A DNA stretch of 64,000 nt, taken from Eledone cirrhosa (Eukaryota). This document shows positions 1 through 9,369 of this stretch, piece after piece; position 1 is the first letter of the stretch; each line of letters opens with the position of its first letter. The DNA lies in the NCBI GenBank assembly GCA_964016885.1, contig OZ024741.1, positions 409,758,001-409,822,000 on the forward strand, given 5' to 3'. A program made the position numbers and the translations under genes. The notes under the pieces were generated by a model that did not search any database, had not been told where the DNA came from, and was given only the letters and a program-made list of their open reading frames with translations.

Positions 1-52
1 AACTATGCTGGAAAGCATGGCGTTTGACCCTCCACCGATACTGCCAATCCAC
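1..52 (-). mobile_element. 5' end of tRNA-type SINE (family A), truncated by the window edge
   Basis: Reverse complement of the ggattggcagtatcggt..agggtc..acgccatgctt head seen at 1718, 6601 and 10178. Confidence 0.7.
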
Positions 53-585
53 CGCCCAATAATAATAATGTCCGTTTAGATTTGATTCGCTACTCCATAT
101 AATATTTCTGGATCAAATGATTATAGATCATTATTGATCTGGTTCAGTTGAAAATAATTAACATAGGTAAAAATAGAGCAGCTCATCGGAACTTCAAAAG
201 GAATATAAATTAAAATAAGGAAAGAATGTTACATGAATGTAATGTTCCATATATTGGTATTTCACTATGGTGTCCTGGGTATATCTATTGTCTGCCATAG
301 TCGAGCAGTATTCTTCTGTCGAGGCTGCATTGTGTGAGATCTGCCTATGGGTAACAAGATGGCCGCCAATGGACATATTTACCTTACTAATTAGAGGGTG
401 GTTTCAGGGGAGGTAACTCCTTGATAGATTAGAGATTGTGGGTAGTTTATAGTTAAGGATTGCTAATTTTTTAGTTTTTTAATTGAGAGACAATGTAAGG
501 GAGGTAACTTATAATTATCTAAGTTAGCTATAATTATTTAACTTATTAGCTACAAGTAAAAATGGGGCTAGATGACTATGTCGGG

Positions 586-1150
586 TCAAATATTCTGTTG
601 ACAGCTAATAGTTACCTCCGTTCTATCGTTAATCGGTAGAGGTCGTGATAGAGTTATATAATATGCTTTGGTAAGACAGAGGTCACGAGTTTCTTCGTCC
701 ATTAAACGGTTGGGCCCTAGCCAAGATATCCCATGTTAGTGAGTGTTCAATGTCGGTTAATTTAGGGTTTTTAATGAGCCTAGCCAGAGATGTCGAACAT
801 CTGTTGTTAGGGTCACGGAAGGAAAAAGAGTGCGCGTTATATTGTACCTTAAAGGAGTTAGAGGTAGAGCTGATATAGGAGTTGGTATGCGAAGCAGTTT
901 TAACCGTGCACCTATAAACTATATTGGGTGTTAGGCAATGTCTATTTAGTGGGCATGCATTAGGGTAACGGCAGTTGCAGTTACTTCTGCGGTTAGTGAG
1001 AGTAGGGTTGTTTAATCTAAGCGGTTGGTCAGTTCTAGAAGGATTAGATGGGGGAAGTGTGCTACTAGAGTGAGTATTGGTGTAGGGGGGTGGTGGTACC
1101 GCGGTGTGGGAGTTATACTGTCTTAGTTTATGATGGTTACTGATGGTACT
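586..1150 (-). mobile_element. Degenerate Penelope-like retroelement fragment (linker plus GIY-YIG endonuclease)
   Basis: Manual minus-strand translation (no ATG, so absent from the ORF track): TISNHHKL...SNCNCRYPNACPLNRHCLTPNIVYRCTVK...NSYISSTSNSFKVQYNAHSFSFRDP...STSLARLI...LTWDILARAQPFNG, then after a frameshift DLCLTKAYYI...INDRTEVTISCQ. This follows the CNCR-x-CPL-x-CL-x-NIVY...YIG...CNLCL...LNKRSE pattern of Penelope-like GIY-YIG domains. Confidence 0.8.
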
Positions 1151-1321
1151 CTAGTAGCACACCTCCCCCATCTCATTCTTTTCAAAGAACCTGTCTTGTA
1201 GTTGGCTCACTATTAAGAGGGCATCTGTTGTACTTTTCCCAGGCACAATACCAAACTGCATCTCATCTAATTTGACCCTTTCTGTAATTAGTTACACTAA
1301 TATTCTTTCTGCCACAATGGG

Positions 1322-1353
<32 letters not shown>

Positions 1354-1355
1354 AA

Positions 1356-1500
1356 GAGCTTCTGCAGTTTCCGTCTCCCAAATTCCACTCCTATGGTATT
1401 GATCAACCCCAAGTTATAGTAGAAGACACTTGCCCAAGGTGCCACACCGTGGGAGTCAACATGAAACCACGTGCTTGTGAAAGGAACTCTTTCAGTCATA
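1356..1500 (-). mobile_element. SINE family B (CORE-like), with an (AT)n/(AC)n tail at 1322-1352
   Basis: Minus strand carries accttgggcaagtgtcttctactata (CORE-like start) and ...gacggaaactgcagaagc. Similar to the + strand copy at 2150-2300. Confidence 0.65.
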
Positions 1501-1717
1501 CACATTGTATTAAATATATTGAAATATGTAAATTGTAATGAATATAATTATTACTTTGTTAATTAATCTCAATCTAGTGAAAGTATCAATCACCATCGGA
1601 TTTTGTTTCTTTTTTTCCTTTGTTTATTATTGGTTTCGTTCAAAAGCACGTGTATCGATGGACTGGAACACAACATAGTTATTAGTCTCTTCACCCGTGG
1701 TCAATGAAATACTGACA

Positions 1718-1930
1718 GATGGCAGTATCAGTAGAGGGTCGGACGCCATGCTTTCTAGCATAGAGTTATGGCCCTTGCCATTCTGAGTTCAAATCCCGCC
1801 GATGTTAGCTTTACCTTTAATCCTTATGGGGGTAGATAAAATAAAGTACCAGTAATACACTGGGGTCAATTTAATCGACTTTCCCTTCTCCCTAACATTG
1901 TTGGCCTTGTGTCTATAGTAGGAATTAGTA
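1718..1930 (+). mobile_element. tRNA-type SINE (family A)
   Basis: B-box-like gagttcaaatccc at ~1785. Central cctttaatccttatgggggtagataaaataaagtaccagt is shared with four other copies in the window. Confidence 0.8.
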
Positions 1931-1962
1931 TCATTATAAAATAAAAACAACCAAAAAGAAAT

Positions 1963-2110
1963 AATTATTATTGTAGTAGTGGTGGTGGTGGTGGTAGTGG
2001 TCGTAGTAGTAGTAGTGGGGTGGTAGTGGTAGTGGTAGTAGTGGGGTAGTAGTGGTGGTGGTGGTGGTAGTAGTAGTGATGGTGATGGTGGTGTTGGTAG
2101 TGGTAGTAGT
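1963..2110. repeat. Compound (ATT)/(GTA)/(GTG) trinucleotide microsatellite
   Basis: Directly visible. It explains the poly-T/H/P ORFs at 1789-2228. Confidence 0.95.
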
Positions 2111-2149
2111 TCCAGCTTGTTTGTCCTTCCTTGCATAATTTTTGTAAGG

Positions 2150-2300
2150 TCTGTGTGTGGTTAAGGGTGTTGCAACCATCTGATCTCAGGTTGAGTCCCT
2201 TCTGTCTGGCACCTTGTGTAAATGTCATCTGCTATACCATAGGGTTGACCAATGTCTTGTACGGGAAATTTGGTAGACGAAAACTCTATGGAAGCCTGTC
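2150..2300 (+). mobile_element. SINE family B (CORE-like), degenerate
   Basis: gtgtggttaag head, ggcaccttgtgtaaatgtc and tttggtagacgaaaact...gaagcctgtc. Inverted counterpart of 1356-1500. Confidence 0.6.
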
Positions 2301-2700
2301 ATATGTGTAGGGTTGACGCACTGGAGCTAGACATCTTGTCTTTAATGCGTAGAAATGTCCATGAATGAACTCCAGCAGACAACTGATGAAGGGAAATTAT
2401 CCCCCGTTCGTGCTTTCCTCTTATTTATAAATACACTTTATCAAGCAGCAACACAGCCCCTGTTTCTTCTATATATATATATATATATATGCCATTTCAG
2501 CAGCTAGTCACAGACTGTCTGGAACTAGCTATTGAAATGGCAAGAACTCAGTCTTCAGGGTCCCGAATTATAATATAACCATACTCTACTACCCCAAGTA
2601 TTGAGTAATGGTATAACTAGTTTCGAACTGAATTAATCCTGATATGCTAGCATGGAAGATGGATGTTAAACGATGATGCTGATATATATAATATATATAT

Positions 2701-2875
2701 CATCATCGTTTAACGTCTATCTACCATGCGAGCATGGGTTAGACGGGAGTTGTCCCAATTTGAGGCAAGATTGGTTAGGTGACCGTGTCTCGCTCATATA
2801 GAACTATCTGGCAGATTTTCTACAGCTGGATGCCCTTCCTAACACCAACCACATTTACAGTGTGGACTGGGAACT
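2701..2875 (-). mobile_element. RTE LINE 3'-end remnant or RTE-tailed SINE
   Basis: catcatcgtttaacgtc...gcatgggttagacggg...ctacagctggatgcccttcctaacaccaacc aligns by eye to the LINE 3' UTR at 51033-51220. Confidence 0.8.
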
Positions 2876-3217
2876 TTTTACCATGTTAAAATGACAATGT
2901 TGGTATATATTTTCTATATTAAGACAAAGTTTGAGTGTTACTATGGAGTTTCTCCTGTGTACTCACGGGGTTATTGAACAAAACCATCTTGTTTGATAAC
3001 TTTGTGAGTACAGAGGACAAACTCCAGAGTAACCAGGCTCAAACTTGGCCCTTAATACAAAAAAATATTAATCTCTATTATGATATTGAATACTCATTCA
3101 CCTGCCATTACTACTAAGTGTATAAGATGATGATGATATATTTGTAAATTGTACATAATTTTTTTGTTTTATTTTCTAGGCTTGTTTGCCTGTTATTGCC
3201 ACTGGGTGTAATTCAGT

Positions 3218-3904
3218 ATGACCACAGCTGAGAAACTAAAGGCATTGTTTGAGGACCTTGGCAAACCTACTTTGCGTGGTGTGCGTAAGTGCCCTAAATG
3301 TGGGACATATAATGGCACAAGGGGAATCAGTTGCAAGAATAAAGCTTGTGATGTTGTTTTTAAAGAGAAGGAGAGAAAGCGGGGTCACAGCGCTGACGCT
3401 GTTCGAATCATTACTGGTTCAACAATGCAAGTGTTCTCTGTGAGACTGCGTGATCGTGGCCCTGACTATCGGGGGTTTGTACAGCTACCTTTTGTACAGG
3501 ACATTGAAGGTAACCCTGCCTCGGAAGTCAATCCAAGCATGTTGTTACAAGCATCTCGTTGCTATGTTGACAGCTGTTGTCGGAACACTCAATATACTGC
3601 CGATCAAACATGTACCCATATCAAAGCTGCAATAGAATGCGATGAAGAAGCTGTACCACTTATTTTAAAAAATTCCGCACTGAATTCTCTTCAGGTTACG
3701 AATGAGACCAAACAAGAAATCTGGCTTATGGCCACAGAAATTACTGGACCTCTTGTACAACGTGTTACCAAAAATATAATGGTTGTTAAATGCAAAGCTA
3801 ATCGCAAGCAACCACTGGGATTTTTACATTTTGCATTCTTTGAGACTAGTCGGAACCGGACACAACCAGAACATAAATTCCAGTGCAGTTGTAAAGCTTT
3901 CAAA
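3218..3904 (+). CDS. C2orf42: C2orf42 homolog, first coding exon (229 codons; N-terminal Cys-rich treble-clef zinc-finger region)
   Basis: [44 protein letters not shown]...RDRGPDYRGFV...TGPLVQRVTKNIMVVKCKA matches, from recall, the vertebrate C2orf42 N-terminus ([32 protein letters not shown]). Acceptor ttttctag ends at 3179, so the exon starts at 3180 with a short UTR. Donor AAA|gtaagt at 3905, phase 0. Confidence 0.93.
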
Positions 3905-4109
3905 GTAAGTATTTATGTATTACCGCTCTTTTTTTTAATCACCAAAAATTATTCCTCTTCATATCTTTGTATGTTCGAACTAGGGGTGGTGTTAAAATTG
4001 TGAAATATGAGAGTATGTGACATTCTTTTCATTTTATATTTGATAATGAATGTAAATAATTTTTCCATTTTATATAAATATCATTAATTTTGTTTATATA
4101 TATGATTAG

Positions 4110-4626
4110 CCATTTGTTGTGGGTGTTGGGAAGGGCTTCTTGCCATAGAAACCATGCCAAAGAATTGAGAGGACCCTTCAGTTGTATCAGACAGATGACA
4201 ACCTCCTAGTGTTGTTGCCATGATGAAATGCACCCAGTACACTCTGTAAAATGGTAGTATTGGTGCCATGATAAAATACACCCAGTACACTCTGTAAAAT
4301 GGTAGTGTTGGTGTCATGATAAAATACACCCAGTACACTCTGTAAAGTGGTAGTGTTGGTGTCATGATAAAATACACCCAGTACACTCTGTAAAGTGGTA
4401 GTGCGAATGCCATGATAAAATACACCCAGTACACCCTGTAGTGGTAGTACTGGTGTCATGATAAAATACACCCAGTACACTCTGTAAAGTGGTTGACATT
4501 AAGAAAGGCATCCAGCCATAGGAACTCTGCCAAACTAGAACGTATGAAGATGCTGTGATCTTGAGACCATGGCAACTGTTCTAAGCCATGCCAGCATTGA
4601 ATACAGGTGTAAAACAATGATGATGT
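4110..4626 (+). mobile_element. RTE-3'UTR-related element containing an internal 48-bp tandem expansion
   Basis: Ends with tgtaaagtggttgacattaagaaaggcatccagcc...aaacaatgatgatg, the sense orientation of the RTE 3' UTR and tail. Confidence 0.7.
4217..4492. repeat. 48-bp minisatellite, ~6 copies
   Basis: cccagtacac recurs at 4233, 4281, 4329, 4377, 4425 and 4471 (last spacing 46). Confidence 0.95.
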
Positions 4627-4730
4627 AGACAGGAAGGTGTACATATATATTGTGTTGCTGTAAGGAATGGTTATTCTAAAAGGTCCTCTGGCTCCTAAAT
4701 AAACTGGGCAAACCCAAACACCAAGCTAGA

Positions 4731-5190
4731 CATCATCATCATCACCATTTTACGTCCTTTCTTCCATGCCAGCATGGGTTAGACTAGTTGTCCTGTTATG
4801 GGCAGTGCCAGGTCGCCTGATCATGTCTTGCTCATACAGGAACTGATTCTGGCTTGATTTCTACAGCTGGATGCCCTTCCTAACACCAAACTCATTTACA
4901 GTGAGTGCTGGGTATTTTTTTTACCGTGGTGCCTACATGACCACTTTACAGTGTGAACTGGGTGCTTTTATGTCATGACACCTCCACGACCACTTTGCAG
5001 TGGGAGGGGGGCAGGGCATGTTGTCTATATGCTTCAGCTTCAGCTTGTACCCGTCTTCAACACATAACACCCAGGTCTCACTACCATGTAACATTGCTGT
5101 TTGTATGCATCATACAGTCTGCACTGTTCATATGCATATATTGTCTATTGTCTTACTTTATCTGATCAGTAGTGAAAACTTTCTAGCTGG
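4731..5190 (-). mobile_element. Older, internally deleted copy of the same RTE LINE 3' end
   Basis: (CAT)n tail and 3' UTR colinear with 51033-51345, then a jump to cccaggtctcactaccatg (=51721; encodes HGSETW on the minus strand). Confidence 0.85.
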
Positions 5191-5211
5191 ATTATATTGT
5201 ACTTTACTTCA

Positions 5212-5575
5212 TAATCATTTAATGTCTGCTTTCCTTGCTAGCAAGGGTTGGACAGGTCTACATAGACCAAGTCAGTACTGAAGATCTCACAGACAAGCCA
5301 GGGATCTGTCTTATGGCTTATTTACGGTATCATGTTCTACCAAGTGCTCAGGAGAGGTTGTCATGTCTTTGTCACAACTGAGGGTCCTCCTGACCCTTTA
5401 TTTAGCAAGCATTCTATGGCAGGATACCCCTCCAATCACCAACCACTTTACAGCGTGTACTGCGTGCATTTCTCGTGTAGATCACCAAACACCATAGAGG
5501 TTGTCTTTGATACAACTGAGGGGTCCTCACTACTTTTATAGGCATGGTTTCTATTGCGGGTTGCCCTTCCTAAAT
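5212..5575 (-). mobile_element. Degenerate RTE-tail-related element, inverted relative to 4110-4626
   Basis: Contains catttaatgtctgctttcc..gctagc, aaccactttacagcgtgtactg, tacaactgaggggtcctc and ggcatggtttctat...gcccttcc, which are reverse-complementary to segments of 4128-4240. Confidence 0.6.
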
Positions 5576-6093
5576 AATTAATAAGAAGTATAGGTAGATA
5601 TAACTGCCGTTTTTCTAATTAGAAGCCCTCATTATGAAAATAACGAAGTGTAAACACTTTTAACTATTCCTCCATTCACATGACAATAGAAGAGACTGTT
5701 TTTATGCATTTCAGTAATTGTTGTGTCTTCATCGGTGAATAATAATTCTATATACTTAGGAATATTGTTATAGCAACACGAGATACCATTCCTATTGTAA
5801 TGTTTTATATAGATTAAACCTGTTATAATTGAAATATGGTGGTTATATCTGCCTTAGGTTTACCTTAAAATCTTCAGATATACCCGTGTTCTAGCTTAAA
5901 TATTTATTTTTTACAACTAGTTGACTCACAAGTACCCCTGTCGCCTTTTCCCCACCCCCAGACGTACTTTACCCTATTTTCTCAACTATTATCTATATTA
6001 GTCAACTATTATTATAGTCATTTGTGTTGGGACAACTACAATTCAAATTTTATTTATTTTTTATTTAATAGTTTAATTTTTTTTATATTTCAG

Positions 6094-6226
6094 AATTACA
6101 AAATTGGCCTAGCAAAAGACGACAGCCCGAAAAGATGTGTCCACTTTTACGCCTGTATCTGTGCATTTGCCAGTGATGAGAAACTTGCTGAAGAGTTTGC
6201 ATATTACATAAATATTGATTCTACAA
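6094..6226 (+). CDS. C2orf42: C2orf42 homolog, coding exon 2 (NYKIGLAKDDSPKRCVHFYACICAFASDEKLAEEFAYYINIDST)
   Basis: Poly-T tract plus cag acceptor (6091-6093), phase 0 in. RCVHFYACICAFASDE matches the recalled human RCIHFFACICAFASDE. Donor gtgagc at 6227 (phase 1), with an alternative in-frame donor gtacgt at 6233. Confidence 0.9.
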
Positions 6227-6371
6227 GTGAGCGTACGTGTTGCTTATTATATACATATTTGCTATAGTATTTAGTCCTTTACACACCAGTCCAGAGCTAT
6301 CTTTTTTAGAGTGTTCAAATTTAAATTCAGATCTTTCATTGAAATCCCTTTATTTAATGTGCAGAAGAGAT

Positions 6372-6995
6372 AGTAGATTGGCAGAATTGGGAGAGCATCA
6401 GACAACAAGCTTTGTGTCATGTAGTTACGTCCCTTTACGCTCTGAGTTCAAATCCCACCAAAGTTAGCTTTACCTTTCATCCTTACAGGGTCGATAAAAT
6501 AAAGTACCAGTAACACATTGGGGTCAATTTAATTTACTTTCCCTTCACCCCTAAAATTGTTGGCTTTGTACCTAAATCTGAAACCATTATTAGATGGTAA
6601 AGGTGGTGGATTGGCGGTATTGGTAGAGGGTCGGACACCATGCTTTGAAGCATAGAGTTACCTCCCTTTATGATCTGAGTTCAAATCCCGCCGAGGTTAA
6701 CTTTGCCTTTCATCCTTACAGGGTCGATAAAATAAAGTACCAGTAATACACTGGGATAATTGCTGGCCTTGTGCCAACCGTAGAAACCATTATTAAATGG
6801 TAAGTGATGTGGTTTGACAGGATTTTAAAAGTGTTTTGTTGTGTTTAGGTTCTTTACAGTCTGAGTTCAAATCCTGCTGGGGTCAATTTTGTAATCTTTC
6901 TGGTTTGATAAAATAAAGGGCCAGTTAAGTTCTGACATCCATATAATCACCCTCTCTCCTCTCACAAATTTCTGGCCTTGTGCCTAAACCAGATA
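6372..6995 (+). mobile_element. Three head-to-tail copies of tRNA-type SINE family A (~6372-6590, 6601-6795, 6805-6995)
   Basis: ctgagttcaaatcc occurs three times (~6442, 6675, 6861), each followed by a gataaaataaag..ccagt and tgg.cttg motif. Confidence 0.85.
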
Positions 6996-7039
6996 ATATA
7001 AGATTTCACTGGTTAAAAATTTGTCTAGTATTATAGTCC

Positions 7040-7143
7040 TATATGAGTGAGACACGGTCACCTGACCAATCTTACCTCAAATGGGACAATTCCTGTCTAA
7101 CCCATGCTAACGTGGAAGATAGACGTTAAACAATGATGATGAG
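7040..7143 (+). mobile_element. RTE 3'-end remnant with (GAT)n tail
   Basis: Reverse complement of ~2701-2800 (gagacacggtcacct..ccaatctt.cctcaaa.gggacaa..gtctaacccatgct..agacgttaaac.atgatg). Confidence 0.8.
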
Positions 7144-7369
7144 GGCAACGTCCACTTCTCTCTCTTTAAACAAACGATCTTCTTTTTTTTCTCTCTAACT
7201 ATGTACATCTCTTTCACTTGTCCCCCGCCCCCTCTCTATATAGATGAGGGTGACGTCATAACTTTCTCTCACTTCTCTATATACATATCTCTTGGTCCTC
7301 CCCCTCTCTTTTTAAAGTGTGAAGGATGGACGGACAGACAGACAGACAGTGCTCTTATTATGATATAGA
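7141..7369 (-). mobile_element. Non-autonomous Helitron-like element, copy 1
   Basis: Minus strand begins a|TCTATATCATAATAAGAGC followed by (CTGT)n, and shares gtcaccctcatctatatagag and gttgccctc with copy 2. Confidence 0.5.
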
Positions 7370-7712
7370 TTACTAGAAATGTTTTCAACACAGTGACACG
7401 TGTGTGTATGTGCATATTGACACTTATGTGTGCATGTGTGTGTATGTACATACATTTATATGTTTTAGTATATAAATAAAAATGTGCAAACACAGATACC
7501 ATTACAAACATACACACATTCACACATTGTGTGACGGCTGGAAGTGACTCTTGTATATTAAGTTGAAAGTTAGGTTCTTTCAGCAAACCTTTCATAATTC
7601 CTGTTATTTTTTATAATTAAAATATAAAGCCAGCCTATGTTATATCAATAAAGATTAGAACAACATTTTATTTTATCAAGAAAACTGTTAAGCTGTTTAT
7701 CCCTTTCTATAA

Positions 7713-7863
7713 TCTATATAATAAGAGCTATCCGTCTGTCCGTCTGTCACCCTCATCTATATAGAGAAGGGGAGTGCCAAACCAAAGAGATGTAAAGAAA
7801 AGGAACATCATTTGTTTAGAGAGAGAGTTTGTGTAAGAGGGAGAATATGTTGCCCTCGTTTAG
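7713..7863 (+). mobile_element. Non-autonomous Helitron-like element, copy 2
   Basis: a|TCTATATAATAAGAGC start, ccgtctgt repeats, and end gttgccctcgtTTAG|t (CTRR-like, between A and T). Confidence 0.5.
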
Positions 7864-8225
7864 TTCTCATAAAAAAAACACTGCCTATAATTTTCAAATA
7901 AATCTTAAAATAATTAAGAATTTGTAAAGATTTTGTAATATAACTAATGTTCTCATAATTTACTCTTTTGATACCAAACACCCTGGTTCTACCATATAAA
8001 GCTGTTTATTTTAAAGTGTTTATATTTATCTAAAAACCACCCATAATAATTTTGTTTAGGAACCTTTAAGTTATTATGTTCCAAACAACAGCTTGATAAT
8101 GAGGAAGTTATATTACTAAATTCTTCCAAATTTTTGGTTATTCTCTGGTTAATCATGCAATATACTATTTCATTTCTAATTTTGGAAGGCCAAACCATGT
8201 GTATAAATAATTAAATGTAGTGTTT

Positions 8226-8268
8226 TATACATACATGTTTCAGTCTAAAAGACCCTCATCAGTGAATA
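8226..8268 (-). ncRNA. Candidate minimal type I hammerhead ribozyme (degenerate)
   Basis: Minus strand reads tattca-CTGATGA-g-ggtct-ttt-agact-GAAA-catg-TA-tgtata. Stem I has 5 of 6 bp and the helix III region is the palindrome ACATGT. Confidence 0.4.
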
Positions 8269-8467
8269 TAAGATCTGTTTTATTTTTTTCCTGCTAGGGA
8301 CTTTTACACTCAATGTTTGGTCTTCCATTCATATAAAATATATTGACACTATACTTTCCAAACCTGCCTCAAAATTCAATAATAAACATACCTTTTGTTT
8401 TGTTTTAATATTAGTAATTTATAATTAAGATGTTTATTAGCATCTAAATTTTGTTTAATCTGTGTAG

Positions 8468-8614
8468 CTCCTGCAGCAGATAACCTAATAACAATTTACC
8501 AACCCTCTACTGAGAATAGTATTACACCAAGTGACACTACCACATTGGAAGTTGTGGTCACTGAAGACTTATTAGGGCCAGCAGCTAAGAAACGGCGCAA
8601 GGATGACATGCTTG
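8468..8614 (+). CDS. C2orf42: C2orf42 homolog, coding exon 3 (low-complexity linker with NLS-like PAAKKRRK)
   Basis: Acceptor tgtgtag ends at 8467. 147 nt, phase 1 to phase 1, open frame PAADNLITIYQPSTENS...LLGPAAKKRRKDDML. Donor G|gtaata at 8615. Confidence 0.75.
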
Positions 8615-8683
8615 GTAATATATATTCTTTTTATATTTCCTTCCTCGATTTTTGTGTGTCTATCTGGTAATACATAGATATCA

Positions 8684-8792
8684 CTGTATCTCTGGTTTAA
8701 AATAGGCACACAGTATCCCTGTAATGTACCCACTAGGTACACAGTATCCCTGTAATGTGCCCACTAGGTACACAGTATCCCTGTAATGTGCC
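8684..8792. repeat. Short 31-bp tandem repeat (~3 copies) related to the giant satellite monomer
   Basis: Unit cactaggtacacagtatccctgtaatgtgcc. It is preceded by ctggtttaaaataggcacacagtatccctgt, compared with satellite ctggtttacaataggtacactgtatccctgt. Confidence 0.85.
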
Positions 8793-8819
8793 ATTAATGT
8801 TGTGTTTCTGTTATTCCAG

Positions 8820-8945
8820 TCCAAGCCAGTAATGCGTTATTGACATTACAAGATGGAGGAGTTGAGACCCGCAAGTCTAGTCCAGTTAAACAAACCACAC
8901 CTGTACCACAACCCACTAAATCAAGCACTCCACCCAAAAAATCAG
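8820..8945 (+). CDS. C2orf42: C2orf42 homolog, coding exon 4 (Ser/Pro/Thr/Lys-rich linker)
   Basis: Acceptor ttctgttattccag ends at 8819. 126 nt, phase 1 to phase 1, open frame QASNALLTLQDGGVETRKSSPVKQTTPVPQPTKSSTPPKKS. Donor CAG|gtaaat at 8946. Confidence 0.75.
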
Positions 8946-9335
8946 GTAAATATTTATAATCTTCAATATTATTTAACCCATTTGATAGTCCCCTACCATC
9001 CCCGAAACTGCAATAAAACCCACCTGCTGGTATTTAAATTAAAATCTCCCAATAGTTTATATAGAATCCTATTTTACTTAGTGTTACTTAATAATTAATC
9101 ATTTTAGAAAATCCCTCAGAATTCTTCATTAATTGCAATGGTGTGTATTTCAAAGAAATATGGTAATGAAAGGGTTTATGGTATAATTCCTATTTTTAAA
9201 CCCTTATTTCTCTGCCTTAACCTGAGACCACTTACACTCAAGTTTTTATATTTGAATTTAAAATCCCTTACAAAAAATATATAGATTTGTTTTTAAATCC
9301 TACATTTGACTTTCTATTTTTGTCCCCCCCCCCCT

Positions 9336-9369
<34 letters not shown>

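Noticed and set aside
120-192. Possible decayed hammerhead or terminal repeat downstream of the Penelope-like fragment (minus-strand CCGATGA...GAAC)
   Set aside because: Both core boxes are mutated and the pairing is unconvincing.
1718-1800. tRNA gene
   Set aside because: A B box is present but there is no cloverleaf. It is the head of a multi-copy SINE.
1789-2228. Poly-His/Thr/Pro ORFs
   Set aside because: Translations of a trinucleotide microsatellite and SINEs.
2370-2420. CTGATGA hammerhead-like core
   Set aside because: No stem II followed by GAAA and no closing stem I.
3905-4003. C-terminal 32 aa of the 261-aa ORF
   Set aside because: Read-through past the gtaagt donor. Homology resumes in the exon at 6094.
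4217-4492. Origin of the giant satellite from the 48-bp/RTE repeat
   Set aside because: Only GTACACT is shared, too short to imply homology.
8015-8080. Similarity to 11398-11468
   Set aside because: Probably an old AT-rich dispersed repeat. Boundaries and class cannot be determined by eye.
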